A stretch of DNA of 63,959 nucleotides, filler included, from Welwitschia mirabilis (Eukaryota): assembly GCA_051453625.1 (NCBI GenBank). It is 5 parts of one record of this genome, joined end to end, with 100 filler letters (N's around TTAATTAATTAA, not from the genome) between each part and the next. Parts side by side here need not be neighbours in the genome. Positions count along the whole stretch, not along the records: positions 50,038 to 62,789 come from JBOZIK010000001.1; positions 62,890 to 63,959 come from JBOZIK010000001.1; 3 more parts are not named here. One strand, 5' to 3'. Positions within the stretch are counted from its first letter, which is position 1, and every line of letters starts with the position of its first letter. Both the position numbers and the translations under genes were made by a program. A model generated the notes under the pieces. It saw nothing but the letters and a program-made list of their open reading frames with translations. It made no database searches and had not been told where the DNA came from. Below, piece after piece: positions 53,001 to 63,959 of the stretch.

Positions 53001-53620
53001 CTTCCAACCATTCAAGAAGAGATTTGAGAACATGAACTTCTTATCAAATAACTTAAATAATTAAGTAAGCTAATCCAACTCTCAAAATCAAAGTAATCCT
53101 CTAAGAAATTATAGTGATGAGTTGAGAAAAATTCAAGAAATAATAAACTTGAACATTAAAAATCTTATGTGTATTTGGCAATAAACCATACTTACTAACT
53201 AAAGACTACAAAGATTACTTGCCACTCAACTTTTACCAAATCCAAATAAAGTTAAGAAAGATTGTAAGATGATGATAAGAAGTGAAAATGACATAACTCC
53301 TCCCATCAAGGAGGTTTTCACATTACAAAGTGATAAAAATAATAAAGAAGAGGATATAGAAATCTTACAAAATCATTCTTTTCCTTCTCCATTAGGCAAA
53401 CAAAGGAAAAAAATTCTACGCATAAGAAACCTGCCACTCATTGGCTATAGATATATTAAACATAAATACTATTTTTAATGATCATTTGAAAGTCTTAATG
53501 CCAAATGTGAACATCAACTTACCATTTTGGAAAATTTTACAAGATAACCATAATTATTCTTAGTTGTGGAAAGACCTGATCTGGAGAAAGCAAAAATAAA
53601 CCATTCTTAGCAAAGTCTTC
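50038..53620 (+). mobile_element. 5' part of an Athila-like element: LTR fragments (50038-50408, 51215-51263), PBS 51267-51284, gag ~51728-53600
   Basis: LTR end ACACCACAACA, decayed tRNA-Asp PBS TAGCACTATTATTAGGGA, gag motifs FPITLKGKAKLWLK, YFYSELN, FCEDNYHV..CPL. Confidence 0.75.
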
Positions 53621-54029
53621 TATTATGATGTGTATTTGTGTAAGTGCTTAAGTTTAGAAAGATTTTATAATTCATGAAATAAATAGATATATTAGACAAT
53701 ACATCATACTAATATGAGTGGGAGTAGACCCAAAATGTTGTATTCATATTGAAGACTATGAGATAAGATTCAGATTACTTTGCAAAAGAATACTAAGAAC
53801 TAAAAATAAAAAATAATGTAAGAAATAAAAGGTACAATGCAAATGCAAGATGCAACTAATCTAGATGAAATGCAAAATGGAACTAACACTACTTGCTTTT
53901 AGCCTTAACAAAGGTTATCCTTAATAATCTATATCACCCAAGAAATTGTCACCAGATCAAGGGAAACATAGACTATGAGAGTCATCAAAAAAATTAACAT
54001 ACAAACAGGAAAAAAAAATAAGGTTTTTG
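53621..54029 (-). repeat. Athila-like LTR 3' half inserted in gag
   Basis: Reverse complement matches ~25560-25959. Confidence 0.8.
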
Positions 54030-54039
54030 NNNNNNNNNN

Positions 54040-54215
54040 CATGCAATTGGTGGATAGCTATGTATCCTCTATTAAGAACCAACTATTTTATAACAAAGAT
54101 GGTTATTACTCTTTTTTAATATAAACTTTATTTTATTTTTATATTTGCATTGTATAATTTCTAATGACTCTTATAATCTCTATTACCCTTGATCTGGTGG
54201 TAATTTCTTAGGTAA
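54040..54215 (+). repeat. Athila-like LTR internal fragment
   Basis: Matches ~46296-46470 and 25470-25645. Confidence 0.75.
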
Positions 54216-54890
54216 TTTTCACATCAATGTGTACACTGATCATGCAGTTATCTGCTATCTTATGACTAAGAAAAATTCTAGTGCTAAACTTATTATGTGA
54301 ATTTTCTCATGCAAGAATTCAATATCACCATCATTGATAAGGCTAGAAAGCATAATAGTATTTCTGATCATCTTTCTTAATTTTCTTATTTTCATGATGA
54401 ACTTTCCATAAATGACTCTTTTCTAGATTAATGACTTTTTATGATTGAATAACTTTATGTCATCTCCTTTACTTATTTTACTCCTATGCCCATATTGTGA
54501 ATTACCTTATTACTATGAAAACATCTTCTTATCATTAGATCCATAACCAAAACCAATATTTTATCCATAGGGTTAGAGTAAATTGAACCCCATCTTTATA
54601 GAAGATGTAAAGAACAAATTATGAGTAAGCATATGCCTGAGTGGGAAAGTCTCCAAATCCTAAAACTTTGCCAGGGTGGAATATGTGGGGGACACTTTAG
54701 TGGCCAAAAGACTATCATGAAAGTTCTTTACTCTAGTTTTTATTAGCCTATACTCTTTAAGGAATCATTTGACTTTGCTAGAAGGTATGATGTATGTCAA
54801 CATTATGGTATCCTAACTAGTTCTTAAGATGTGTCCCTCAAACCTATACTTGAATGTGAACCTTTTGATTATTAGGGAATTGACTTAATA
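54216..54890 (+). pseudogene. pol: Gypsy RNase H C-terminus and integrase N-terminus fragment, inverted relative to the adjacent pol
   Basis: FHINVYTDHAVICYL, CGGHFSGQKT, ECEPFDY.GID. Colinear with ~8388-9050. Confidence 0.85.
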
Positions 54891-57800
54891 TGTTTAAGAT
54901 AAAAGATAATGGCAAGCATCTTTCTCTCAATAGTGGTATAATTGAATTGTACTTGGGATAAAGTTTTAATAAGATAGGATATAAATTTAAAACCATTTTC
55001 ATATTTTTGACTAAGAACCCCCCTATAGCAATGTTTCTTGCATCATAAATAAGTCCAAATATTTATTCCAATAAGGACCCATAATAATAGATTTACAAGA
55101 AATGTTTTTCTTAAGAGTTTTGAACACACATTGACATGAATTGTTCCAATCAAATTTAGAATCTTTTTCAAGTAAGGAGTGAAGTGGTTTATAAATTTTA
55201 GCATAATCATGATTAAAATGACGATAGAAATCAACATGATTAAGGAATGATCTAACTTGTTTAATATTAGTTAGAGGGCTAAGCTTTTTAATGTAATCAA
55301 CTTTGGTAGGATTCATACTAATCCCTTCCTTTAAAATATGATGTCCTAAAATAATTTCATGATTGAAAAGGAAAAAACTATTTTTCCAAATCAAATGTAA
55401 GCTACTATCTATACATCAATCCAAAACTTTCTCTAATCTTTCTATGGTTTGTTCAAAATTTTAATCAAAGATGAAGAATTCATTCATAAAAATTTTAATA
55501 GAGTCCTATATTATGTCAGAAATGATTCCTATGATAAATCATTGAAATGTTCCAGAGGCATTGCATAGTCCAAAGAGAAATCACCTAAAGGCAAACATTC
55601 CAAAGGATAAGGTAAAGATTGTTGTGAATTGGTTCTTTCTTGCTATGCAAATTTGATTATAACCATTGTACTCACCAAGAAAAAAGTAGTAGGTACAACC
55701 TTGAATTCTATCAAGTACTTGATAAAGAAAGGGTAAAGGATAATTATCCTTTTTAATAACCTCATTAAGTTTCCTAAAATTAATGCACATTATCCATTTC
55801 CCCCCTTCTTTGGAACTACTATCAAAGGGCTAACCCACTCACTATTTGATATAGCATATACAATCCTAGCATTTATAAGTTTAATAACTTCATGTTTAAT
55901 TATTTGCTTAAGGACTGAGTTAATCCTTTTTTAATGTTACCTAATAGGTTTAGAATTATCTTCAAGGTAAATATTATATTAAACTATAAAAAGAGGAAGA
56001 TAGCTAAGTCTTTATGGATCTAAGCAAAGGCTTCTTCTTAAGAGGTTAAGAGTGAGATCAAGTTTAATTCTTATTAAGGAGTAAGAAGGTCACTTATTAT
56101 CAAGGGTTTTATTTGATTACTAGATTAAAAAATATATTTTAAACCTTAGGGTAATTTTTTTAATTCTAGATTGATATTTTTAGCTGTCACCCTATCTATC
56201 ATGGAAATGATAGAGATGGAATGACACTCTGCAAAAATATTTTCTGCTAAGTAAATATGTTGAGTTTCTTCCTAGTTGATCTATTCTTCATCCTCAAACT
56301 CAAGATAGTGTGTTTTAGTTAGGTCGTCATATAAAGTTGGTTCATGTAGCATGATTAATATCTCCTCAATTAGTCAATGTTAGAAAAACAAGGTTGATTT
56401 CAACTCTTTCTCTAAGTTAAATTCATCTCCTATGTCCTTTCCAGTAACATCAAATACTTGAATGATAACTTTTTATTACCAAAATGATATTTGGTCATCA
56501 TAATTCGTGTGTCAATGATACAATATGTAGTTGCACAGAAGGCTCTTCCTAAGAAGAGTAGATAATCTCCATCATGTTATAACTCAATGATAACAACATA
56601 TATGGGTTAAAAGGCTTCTTCAATTTAGAGGACTATGTCCTTGATGATTCCTAATGGTTTCTTGATTGAGGTGTTAGCCAATTCCAAAATAATTCATATA
56701 GGTTCTATTCTGCTTTTCAACTTAAATATCTTACATATATGGAAAGGCATGATGTTCACACTAGCTCCTATGTCAAATAAATCTTTTTGAATTGCTTTAT
56801 TTTCTTCTAAGATAACACTTATAGTTGTGGCTCCAGGGTCTTTGAATTTAGGAAATCTTTTCATAACTAAGTTAAAAATAGATCAAGAAAGAAAAAATTT
56901 GCTAAAAATGGTGTGTCTTTGTTTTTTTCCCTCACTATATCCTTCTATAACTTAGAATATTTATGGCTTTCATATAAGACTTTCTAAAAAGAAAAGTTGA
57001 TGTTTACCTTTTGCATTAAAGTTTTTAAATGTTTATCAAAGAAAGGATTTATATTTAATTGATCAAGCTAGGAGTAGATGCTTTCTTTTCTTTGTTTTCT
57101 TTCCACTTCTTATTACTACTTTCAATTTTTTCTTTACTTCATTTGAGTTAGTTAAAGGTTGAGATGAAAGAGATTCTTATGGTTTTTGATTAGCAAGCAT
57201 TTTTTATTAAAGCACATTCACTAATTTTTCAATATTATATTAGTATTTTCTTGTACCTTTCTCATTTCTTCTATGGATTCTCTTAGTGAATCACTTTAAT
57301 TTGGTTGAAAATTAGGTTAAAGGTTTGAATTTATAAATCTATTTTCAAAAGGTTTCCATTGAGATTGTTTACCTATTCTTTGTTGAAATTGTTACTAACT
57401 TTTAAAGTTAGGCATTCCTTAGTTGAAATCATAAAATTCATCAAACATATTCTCCTTATAAGTTGGTAACAAAGGATACTCTATAGTTGAATGAGAGTTG
57501 TATTCATAAATTTCACAAGTTAAAGTTGATTTTTCATTTTTTACTACTTTTTCATCAACTATCATTTGTACATACTTATCTAAAGTGGTAGTGAAATCTT
57601 TAAGTAAGTTGATTGAGCCACATCTTTCTTCTTCTTTATTATATTTAACCTTATGTTTTATGATTTGGCCTATGATTTGATTTTCTTTAGTGGGTTTAGG
57701 CTAAGTTTGACTTGTTTCTATTAGATTTCTCAACACACTCCATACTTCTTCTAAGACTAAGTTCAAGAATTTGCCTCCGTAAGAAAAATCTATAAGTTAC

Positions 57801-59571
57801 TTGGTTTGGTAATTCAATCCATTATAAAAATAATAAAATAACTTGTTCTTATGAAATTCATCAATAAGATTGAAATGGCTAGTTATAATAAAATGTTCAT
57901 AATCCATGGCATAATCCTTATGTAGTTATTGTTAAAAGTTATTTACTTTTTCTCTTATTTTTTTATGAAACTTTCATGTAAAAATCATTTGATAAAAAAT
58001 TCTTGCACTTGACTCCATGGCTTAACACTTATAGCCAAAAATTTTCCCTTCCTCTAAGTGTGACTAGAAAAATAATTATGTAGGTATAATCACTAATATG
58101 TTTCTTCCCATTCCCTAAGGTAAGAACAAGTTATTCAATGTTGGCTAAATGTTGGAAAGGGTTCTCCTCAATTTCCCCCAAAAAAGTTAGATATGCACTC
58201 AAATTTCTTAACTCTACATCATCACTAGGAGTTAAATAAGAAGGATTTTGGATTTCATGTGTTGGATAGTAATTAAATGTATAAGAGTAACATTTGCATT
58301 CATAATGGATATTTCTATTACAATTAGAGTACTAGATGAAGCAACTTGGTTTTGGTTTTGTAAAAATTTTGATATATTTGAAGAATAAATAACATAATCT
58401 ACTGTGATGCTATAATTTTATTTTGCAAAATCTAATTTTAAAATGATAAAAGTAGAACAATCATCTTCTTCAATTCTTGAAATTTGCATACCTGGGGTGT
58501 GCATATGTGGATTTTGCTCATAGTCGAATAATTCTTATTTGATGTTTTCTTTAATTAGGTTTTTCTCCCTCTAATATTTCATCTTTCAACTAGAATTCAC
58601 CATGTCCCTGCATGTTTAGACAACAAATAAAAACTAAAATAAAATACAATAGGCTATCATCTTGTTTATCATGGAAATGATAGATAAGATAACAATATTT
58701 TTTATTACTGATTTAAAAATAAAAAATAAAAAATTTAAACTAAAAAATTTAAAACTATTATTCCCAGTGTCATTTAGATGATAAAAATGATGAAATAGAT
58801 TCTAAAACCTATGGAAAATAAAAATTTCTAAGATAAACCTATTGAAGTTATGCTAAAAATACAGTACTATTACAAATAAATAGCTTGAACAGAAATTTGA
58901 GGTACTTATTGAGATAGTGATAATCCATTAGCTCCTGATGGCGTTCACTAGTAATGGTGCTTAAATATTACAGTATGAATTTATGCAATCCTTAAGTCCT
59001 TTACACAAATTTACAACTCAAATTACTAGTAGGAAAACACACACTAGTATAGACGAGAGTTAAAATAAATATTGTAATTCCAATGAAGGCACTAGACTTA
59101 GAGTTAGAGAATTGATTTCTAAAAGTATTTTTGGTCTTTTATCTTTACATAAATAAAAGTAAATAATAATGTAAAATATAATAAAATGGAAAATAAAGAT
59201 GAAATGCAATGGATGATAATGGAAATGAAATGTGTTCTATTTGGATCTTAATTCTTTTGTTACAAGAGCTAGATCTTTATAATTCAAATCAATTAAGAAG
59301 AGCTTACCACTTATTCCTAACCAATGTAAAGTATGAGATATGCCAAATAAAATATGGAATGCAATGTGAAATTGAAATAAAATAGTAATGAAAATCTAAA
59401 CTAATAACATCAATCTTAACAAAGGTTACCTTTATATTATAAATAAATTATAGAATTGTCACTAAACTATAATTAACTTAAACCATATGGGACATAAACA
59501 TAATTATAGTGAAGAGAGTATTTGAATTAATTATATAACTTTTACATCCACTTACAACAAAGTAGCAGCTT
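54890..59571 (-). mobile_element. Athila-like element: LTR part 58966-59571, PBS 58945-58962, gag ~56880-58600, PR ~56450-56850, RT ~55200-56030, RNase H to 54890
   Basis: ORFs 55581-55790 (CINFRKLNEVIKKDNYPLPFL) and 55023-55394 (IILGHHI...QVRSFL); PR FDIGASVNIMP; decayed tRNA-Asp PBS. Confidence 0.88.
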
Positions 59572-60054
59572 TATTGCGGTGCGTATTTATGTAATGTTTC
59601 ATGCCTTGATCTAAATCCTGCTAATTATAAATAAGATACATAAATACAACACACTAGTATAGATGGAAGCGATCGGAAATGTCGTAATTCCGTCGAAGAC
59701 TAATAGTATGGGAATATAAGAGTTGATTTCGGGATAGAAATATGTAATCATAATCTACTGAAATAAATTTTAATGCATGGAATTTAAAATATACTTATGC
59801 AAAACTAATCTAAGAAAATAAATTATGATGCATCTAAAATAATTAAGCTCAACCTTGACAAAAGCTACCCTCATAATCTATATAATATAAGAAACCTATC
59901 ACGAATCTTAAATAACATAAACTATGAGGGAGAGGTTCCTACATATATTAAACATAAAAGAAGATAATTCATATTAAAAGCATAAAAGCATCTGTACCAC
60001 AAAGTAGCCATTCTTTAATGGAGGAAATGCTACCCAACACTAAGGTAACATCTC
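59572..60054 (-). repeat. LTR of a related subfamily nested in the preceding LTR, truncated by a gap
   Basis: Starts TATTGCGGTGCGTATTTATG (LTR terminus). 60000-60054 reverse complement matches 50357-50408. Retains CpGs. Confidence 0.7.
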
Positions 60055-60154
60055 NNNNNNNNNNNNNNNNNNNNNNNNNNNNNNNNNNNNNNNNNNNNNN
60101 NNNNNNNNNNNNNNNNNNNNNNNNNNNNNNNNNNNNNNNNNNNNNNNNNNNNNN

Positions 60155-62789
60155 TATTTTTGAAAGTAACCTAAATCTCATGCTTATAGACTTCAATAAG
60201 ATATGATATTTCAAGTCTGCTCTCACTCATACTAATGTGTTATATTATGTAAGATATTTATTTATTTTATGAATGAGAGAATCCTTTTGAGCCTAATCAC
60301 TTGCATAAATACATACCATAATAAATTGACACCATTACTAGAGAAGGTTATTGAGGAGTACAAGGGTTATCATCACTCAAATGAGTATATTAGATCTCTA
60401 TTTGATTATTTGTCTGTGCAACATTATATTTTATTAGGAGCTGTAGGTTTTTATTATGCTATTTTTTAGTTTCAGTTTTTTAGATTTAGTTTTCTATAGA
60501 AAAAGTGTGGTTTCCCCCTCTGTCATCCCCACAACAATGAGGATGATAGTATGCCATTTTTATTTTTGGTTTTATTTTTGAATTGCAATTTTTTTGAAAT
60601 AAATTCGTTTCTATTGTCTCATATAACATCTGACGACCAAGTGAATGACAGTCCTCTTTATGTATTTTTTTCTTTTGGTATTTTGGTTTCAGTTTTGTTT
60701 CTGTTTTTTTGGCTTCTTTATTTATCATTCCTTCTATCATCCCAATGACAGACAGGACGATGGTCTGTTATTTTTTATTTATTTTTTGTTATTTACTGTT
60801 TATAGGATACTGTGATATGGTCAACATAGAGAAGAGATATCTGAAAGAAAATCTAATGACACAAAAGAACATCAAAGAAGGACTAGTGAATATAGAAAAT
60901 AAATTAGAAAAGCATACTCCAAGTGTACTTAAACCTTCTTCTAAATTTATTTTTTTTAAGTTAGATTTTCTTAATGAAAATCCTATAGAAGGAGAGAACC
61001 AATTTACAATGTTGAGTGCCTCTCGTAGTCAAAAATAAGTCGTAAGATCTTCTACCCTTAATGCCAACCTTACCTTAAGGGAATTATTAGCCAACAACAA
61101 AGGAGAAATTCAAACACATTTTTACTACACTTAAGAGATGATGTCAAGATTAAAAATTTACATGCCTATCCAACTTTTAGTGGAGAAGATGATGAGGATC
61201 CTCTTCAACACATTGAAGATATTGAACAACTTATCCTTACCTCAAGAAGTGAAAAGAAAAAAATAATAGATAGAACATATATGGCAATCTTTCCTATGAC
61301 ATTAAAGGATAGGGTAAAACTTTGGCTAAAAACTATATCCCACAAAAGCTTAAAAACATGGGATCAAGTCTGGGATACCTTTGTAAAAATATTAATGAGT
61401 AAAAAAATCATAAGAAAAAGAAAAAAAGGTAACAAACTTTTAACAAAAACCAAATGAAGATTGTGCCTTTACTTATGAACGTTTATTTATAGAAATCCAC
61501 TCTAATCTAGTATATCCCTTTTCAAAAGTAAAACAACTAGATCATTTTTATAGTGGATTGACTCCCCATATGAAATAACTTGTAGATTTATCTTGTGGTG
61601 GAAACTGCATGAACCTTACATTAAAAGATGCCTAGTCAAAATTATAAGAACTTCTGGAGTTTAGTCAAATCTAGTCAACATCTAAAGAAAATAAAATAGT
61701 AGGCCAACTCATTAAAGATATAAAAGAGGTAAAACAATAAAAAGAAGTAGAATTAAATCCTACAAATTATATGAAAGATTCTAGAACAACCATGAAGAAG
61801 TATGCAAAAATGATTTTAGATGCCAAAACTACAACTGAAAGAAATGTTATGCAGATTATGATTTATGTGAAGACAATTATCATATCACTAAAAACTAATT
61901 ATCTTTTTCTATCATATAAAGAAAGAATTTGTGAGGAAGTTTGTACTTTTAATCAACCATCTCAAAACTTTAAAAATAAAAATCAAGATCAACCTAGGTT
62001 GAATACTCATTTTCAAAATAATTTTCAACCTTTTAGAAAGAAATTTTAAAATGCAAACTATACTCGAAGTTCATTAAACTTTTAACATTTAAATAATATA
62101 ATCACAAACCTTTTGGATGAAATACGAATATCAAAAGAAGAAATGAATGCCAAATTTAAGAAACAAAATGTTAACATGGAAAACTTAGTAAGCATCCTTT
62201 AGCAAACAGTTTTAACAAACCAAAGATCTTAAGGAACTTTAACAATACAACCTTTATAGAGCCCAAACAAACTAAGAAAATATTATAAAGTTGTAACAAA
62301 AAGTGGATAAGAGACACATCCTCCTCTATGTGAACCTTCCACCTCCCAAAATAACTTTAGAAATGATGAAGAAGAAGAGGAAAAAGATATTGAAATATTA
62401 GAAGATTATAACTTCCCTTGAATAGGCTTAATAACAATTCAACTTTCAATAATTACTTAAAATCATTAATGAAAAACATGAGCATAAAATTACCCTTTTG
62501 GAAAGTTTTATAAGAACATTTAAGGTATTCAAAATTATAGAAAGATCTAATAAGAAGAAAATATAAACAAGTTATCCATAGTAAAGTATTTCTTACCTAA
62601 TCCCTCACAAATTTAGTGTTACAAAAAATCACCTAAATTTAAAGATCCAAGAGCAGCAACAATGAATGTTACTGTAGAGGGAAACAAAAAGATTAGGCAA
62701 TCTTTTATTAACATTGGAGCAAGTGTTAACATTATGCCACTTTACATTTGTAAGAGACTTGGTTTGGAGGATAGAATAGAGCCTACTCC
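60155..62789 (+). mobile_element. 5' part of an Athila-like element: LTR end to 60323, PBS 60327-60344, gag ~60818-62640, PR start ~62640-62789
   Basis: Colinear with 19310-22324; KFKDPRAAT...NIGASVNIMPL. Confidence 0.85.
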
Positions 62790-62889
62790 NNNNNNNNNNN
62801 NNNNNNNNNNNNNNNNNNNNNNNNNNNNNNNNNTTAATTAATTAANNNNNNNNNNNNNNNNNNNNNNNNNNNNNNNNNNNNNNNNNNNN

Positions 62890-63959
62890 ATCATCACTTT
62901 GGTTGTCTCAGTCAAAGCAATATACTCAGCCTCTGTAGTGGACAAAGCTACATCACTCTAAAGACATGACATCCAATTGATAGCTCCACCTCCAAGTGTA
63001 AATACATAACCTGTAGTAGATTTCCTAATATCTCCACAACGTGCAAAATTTTCATCAGAGTAACTAACAACCTGCAATCCAAAACCACCAAAGCATAAAG
63101 AATGATCCTAAGTGCCTTTCAAGTATCGTAAAATCCACTTGATTGCTTTCCAATGTGTTCTTCCAGGATTACTCATGTGCCTAGAAACAACTCCCACTGC
63201 TTGGGCAAGGTCTGGCCCAGTGCAGACCATGGCATATATGAGACTACCAACTACAGAAGTGTAAGGAATATCAACCATATCTTTCTTCTCCCAACTGGAA
63301 ATAAGGCGGTCTTCTTTTGACAATTTAAGGTGTCTTGCTAATGGAGTAGAAACAAGAGAATAGTAAGCCATGTTGAGCCGTTTTAAGACCTTATAAATGT
63401 AATCAGATTGACTCAACCACAATTTCCGGCTTTTTCTGTCTCGCTCAATCCTCATTCCAAGGATTTGTTTTGCCTGCACAAGGTCTTTTGTCGCAAACTT
63501 CTTTGCCATCTGTGATTTCCATCTCTGTATTTCATGTAAATCATTTCCAGCAATTAACATATCATCTACGTATAGTAACAAAATGGTAATCTTACCAGTG
63601 GTTCTCATCAAATAAACACAGTGATCTACTTTGCATCTTTCATATTTATGTTCCATCATGAAGGTGTCAAATTTCTTGTACCGTTGCCTAGGTGCCTGTT
63701 TTAGGCCATATGAACTCTTCAACCTGCATACCAAGTTCTTGCCATTCCCAAAACCTTCTAGCTATACCATATAAATTTCTTCTTGCAAATCACCACGGAA
63801 GAACGCAGTTTTGATATCCAGTTGTTCGAATTCTAAATTCATGCAAGCTACCATAGCTTAAATGGTATGAATGGAGGTATGTTTAACAACAGGAGAGAAA
63901 ATTTCATTGAAATCAATACCTTTCTGTTGTGCAAAACCCTTCACTACCATTCTGGCCCT
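62890..63959 (-). pseudogene. pol: Ty1/copia RT and RNase H fragment, Tnt1/Tork-like
   Basis: QLDIKTAFFRGDLQEEIYM, YGLKQAPRQ.YKKFD, LLLYVDDMLIAG, KQILGMRIERDRK, PDLAQAVGVVSR, HWKAIKWILRYLKGT, KSTTGYVFTLGGGAINWMS, ALSTTEAEYIA. Few lesions. Confidence 0.93.

Overview
This is gene-free, very AT-rich eukaryotic draft-assembly sequence, plant-type judging by its retroelement families, with many N gaps. It is a nest of old, mostly degenerate LTR retrotransposons. (1) An Athila-like Ty3/gypsy element on + (pol, env-like ORF, 3' LTR ending ~14961) is interrupted at 40-6802 by a SIRE-related copia composite with three LTRs and two gag copies. (2) A pol-deleted Athila-like element occupies 17816-25959, with relatives on the - strand. 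(3) A full-length SIRE/Sirevirus Ty1/copia element with an env-like ORF lies at 27704-38541 and carries an inverted-repeat-ended insertion in gag. (4) Further gypsy gag/pol copies, solo and partial LTRs, and a local pol inversion follow. (5) A much younger Tnt1/Tork-like copia RT/RNase H fragment ends the window. I found no host protein-coding gene, RNA gene or CRISPR array. Most long ORF-track entries are N-gap artefacts. I see no clearly new biological system. The most unusual items are the three-LTR composite at one TSD-flanked site with mismatched outer LTRs, the pol-replaced Athila derivative family, and pervasive C>T/G>A decay beyond CpG. All alignments were by eye, so internal coordinates are approximate.
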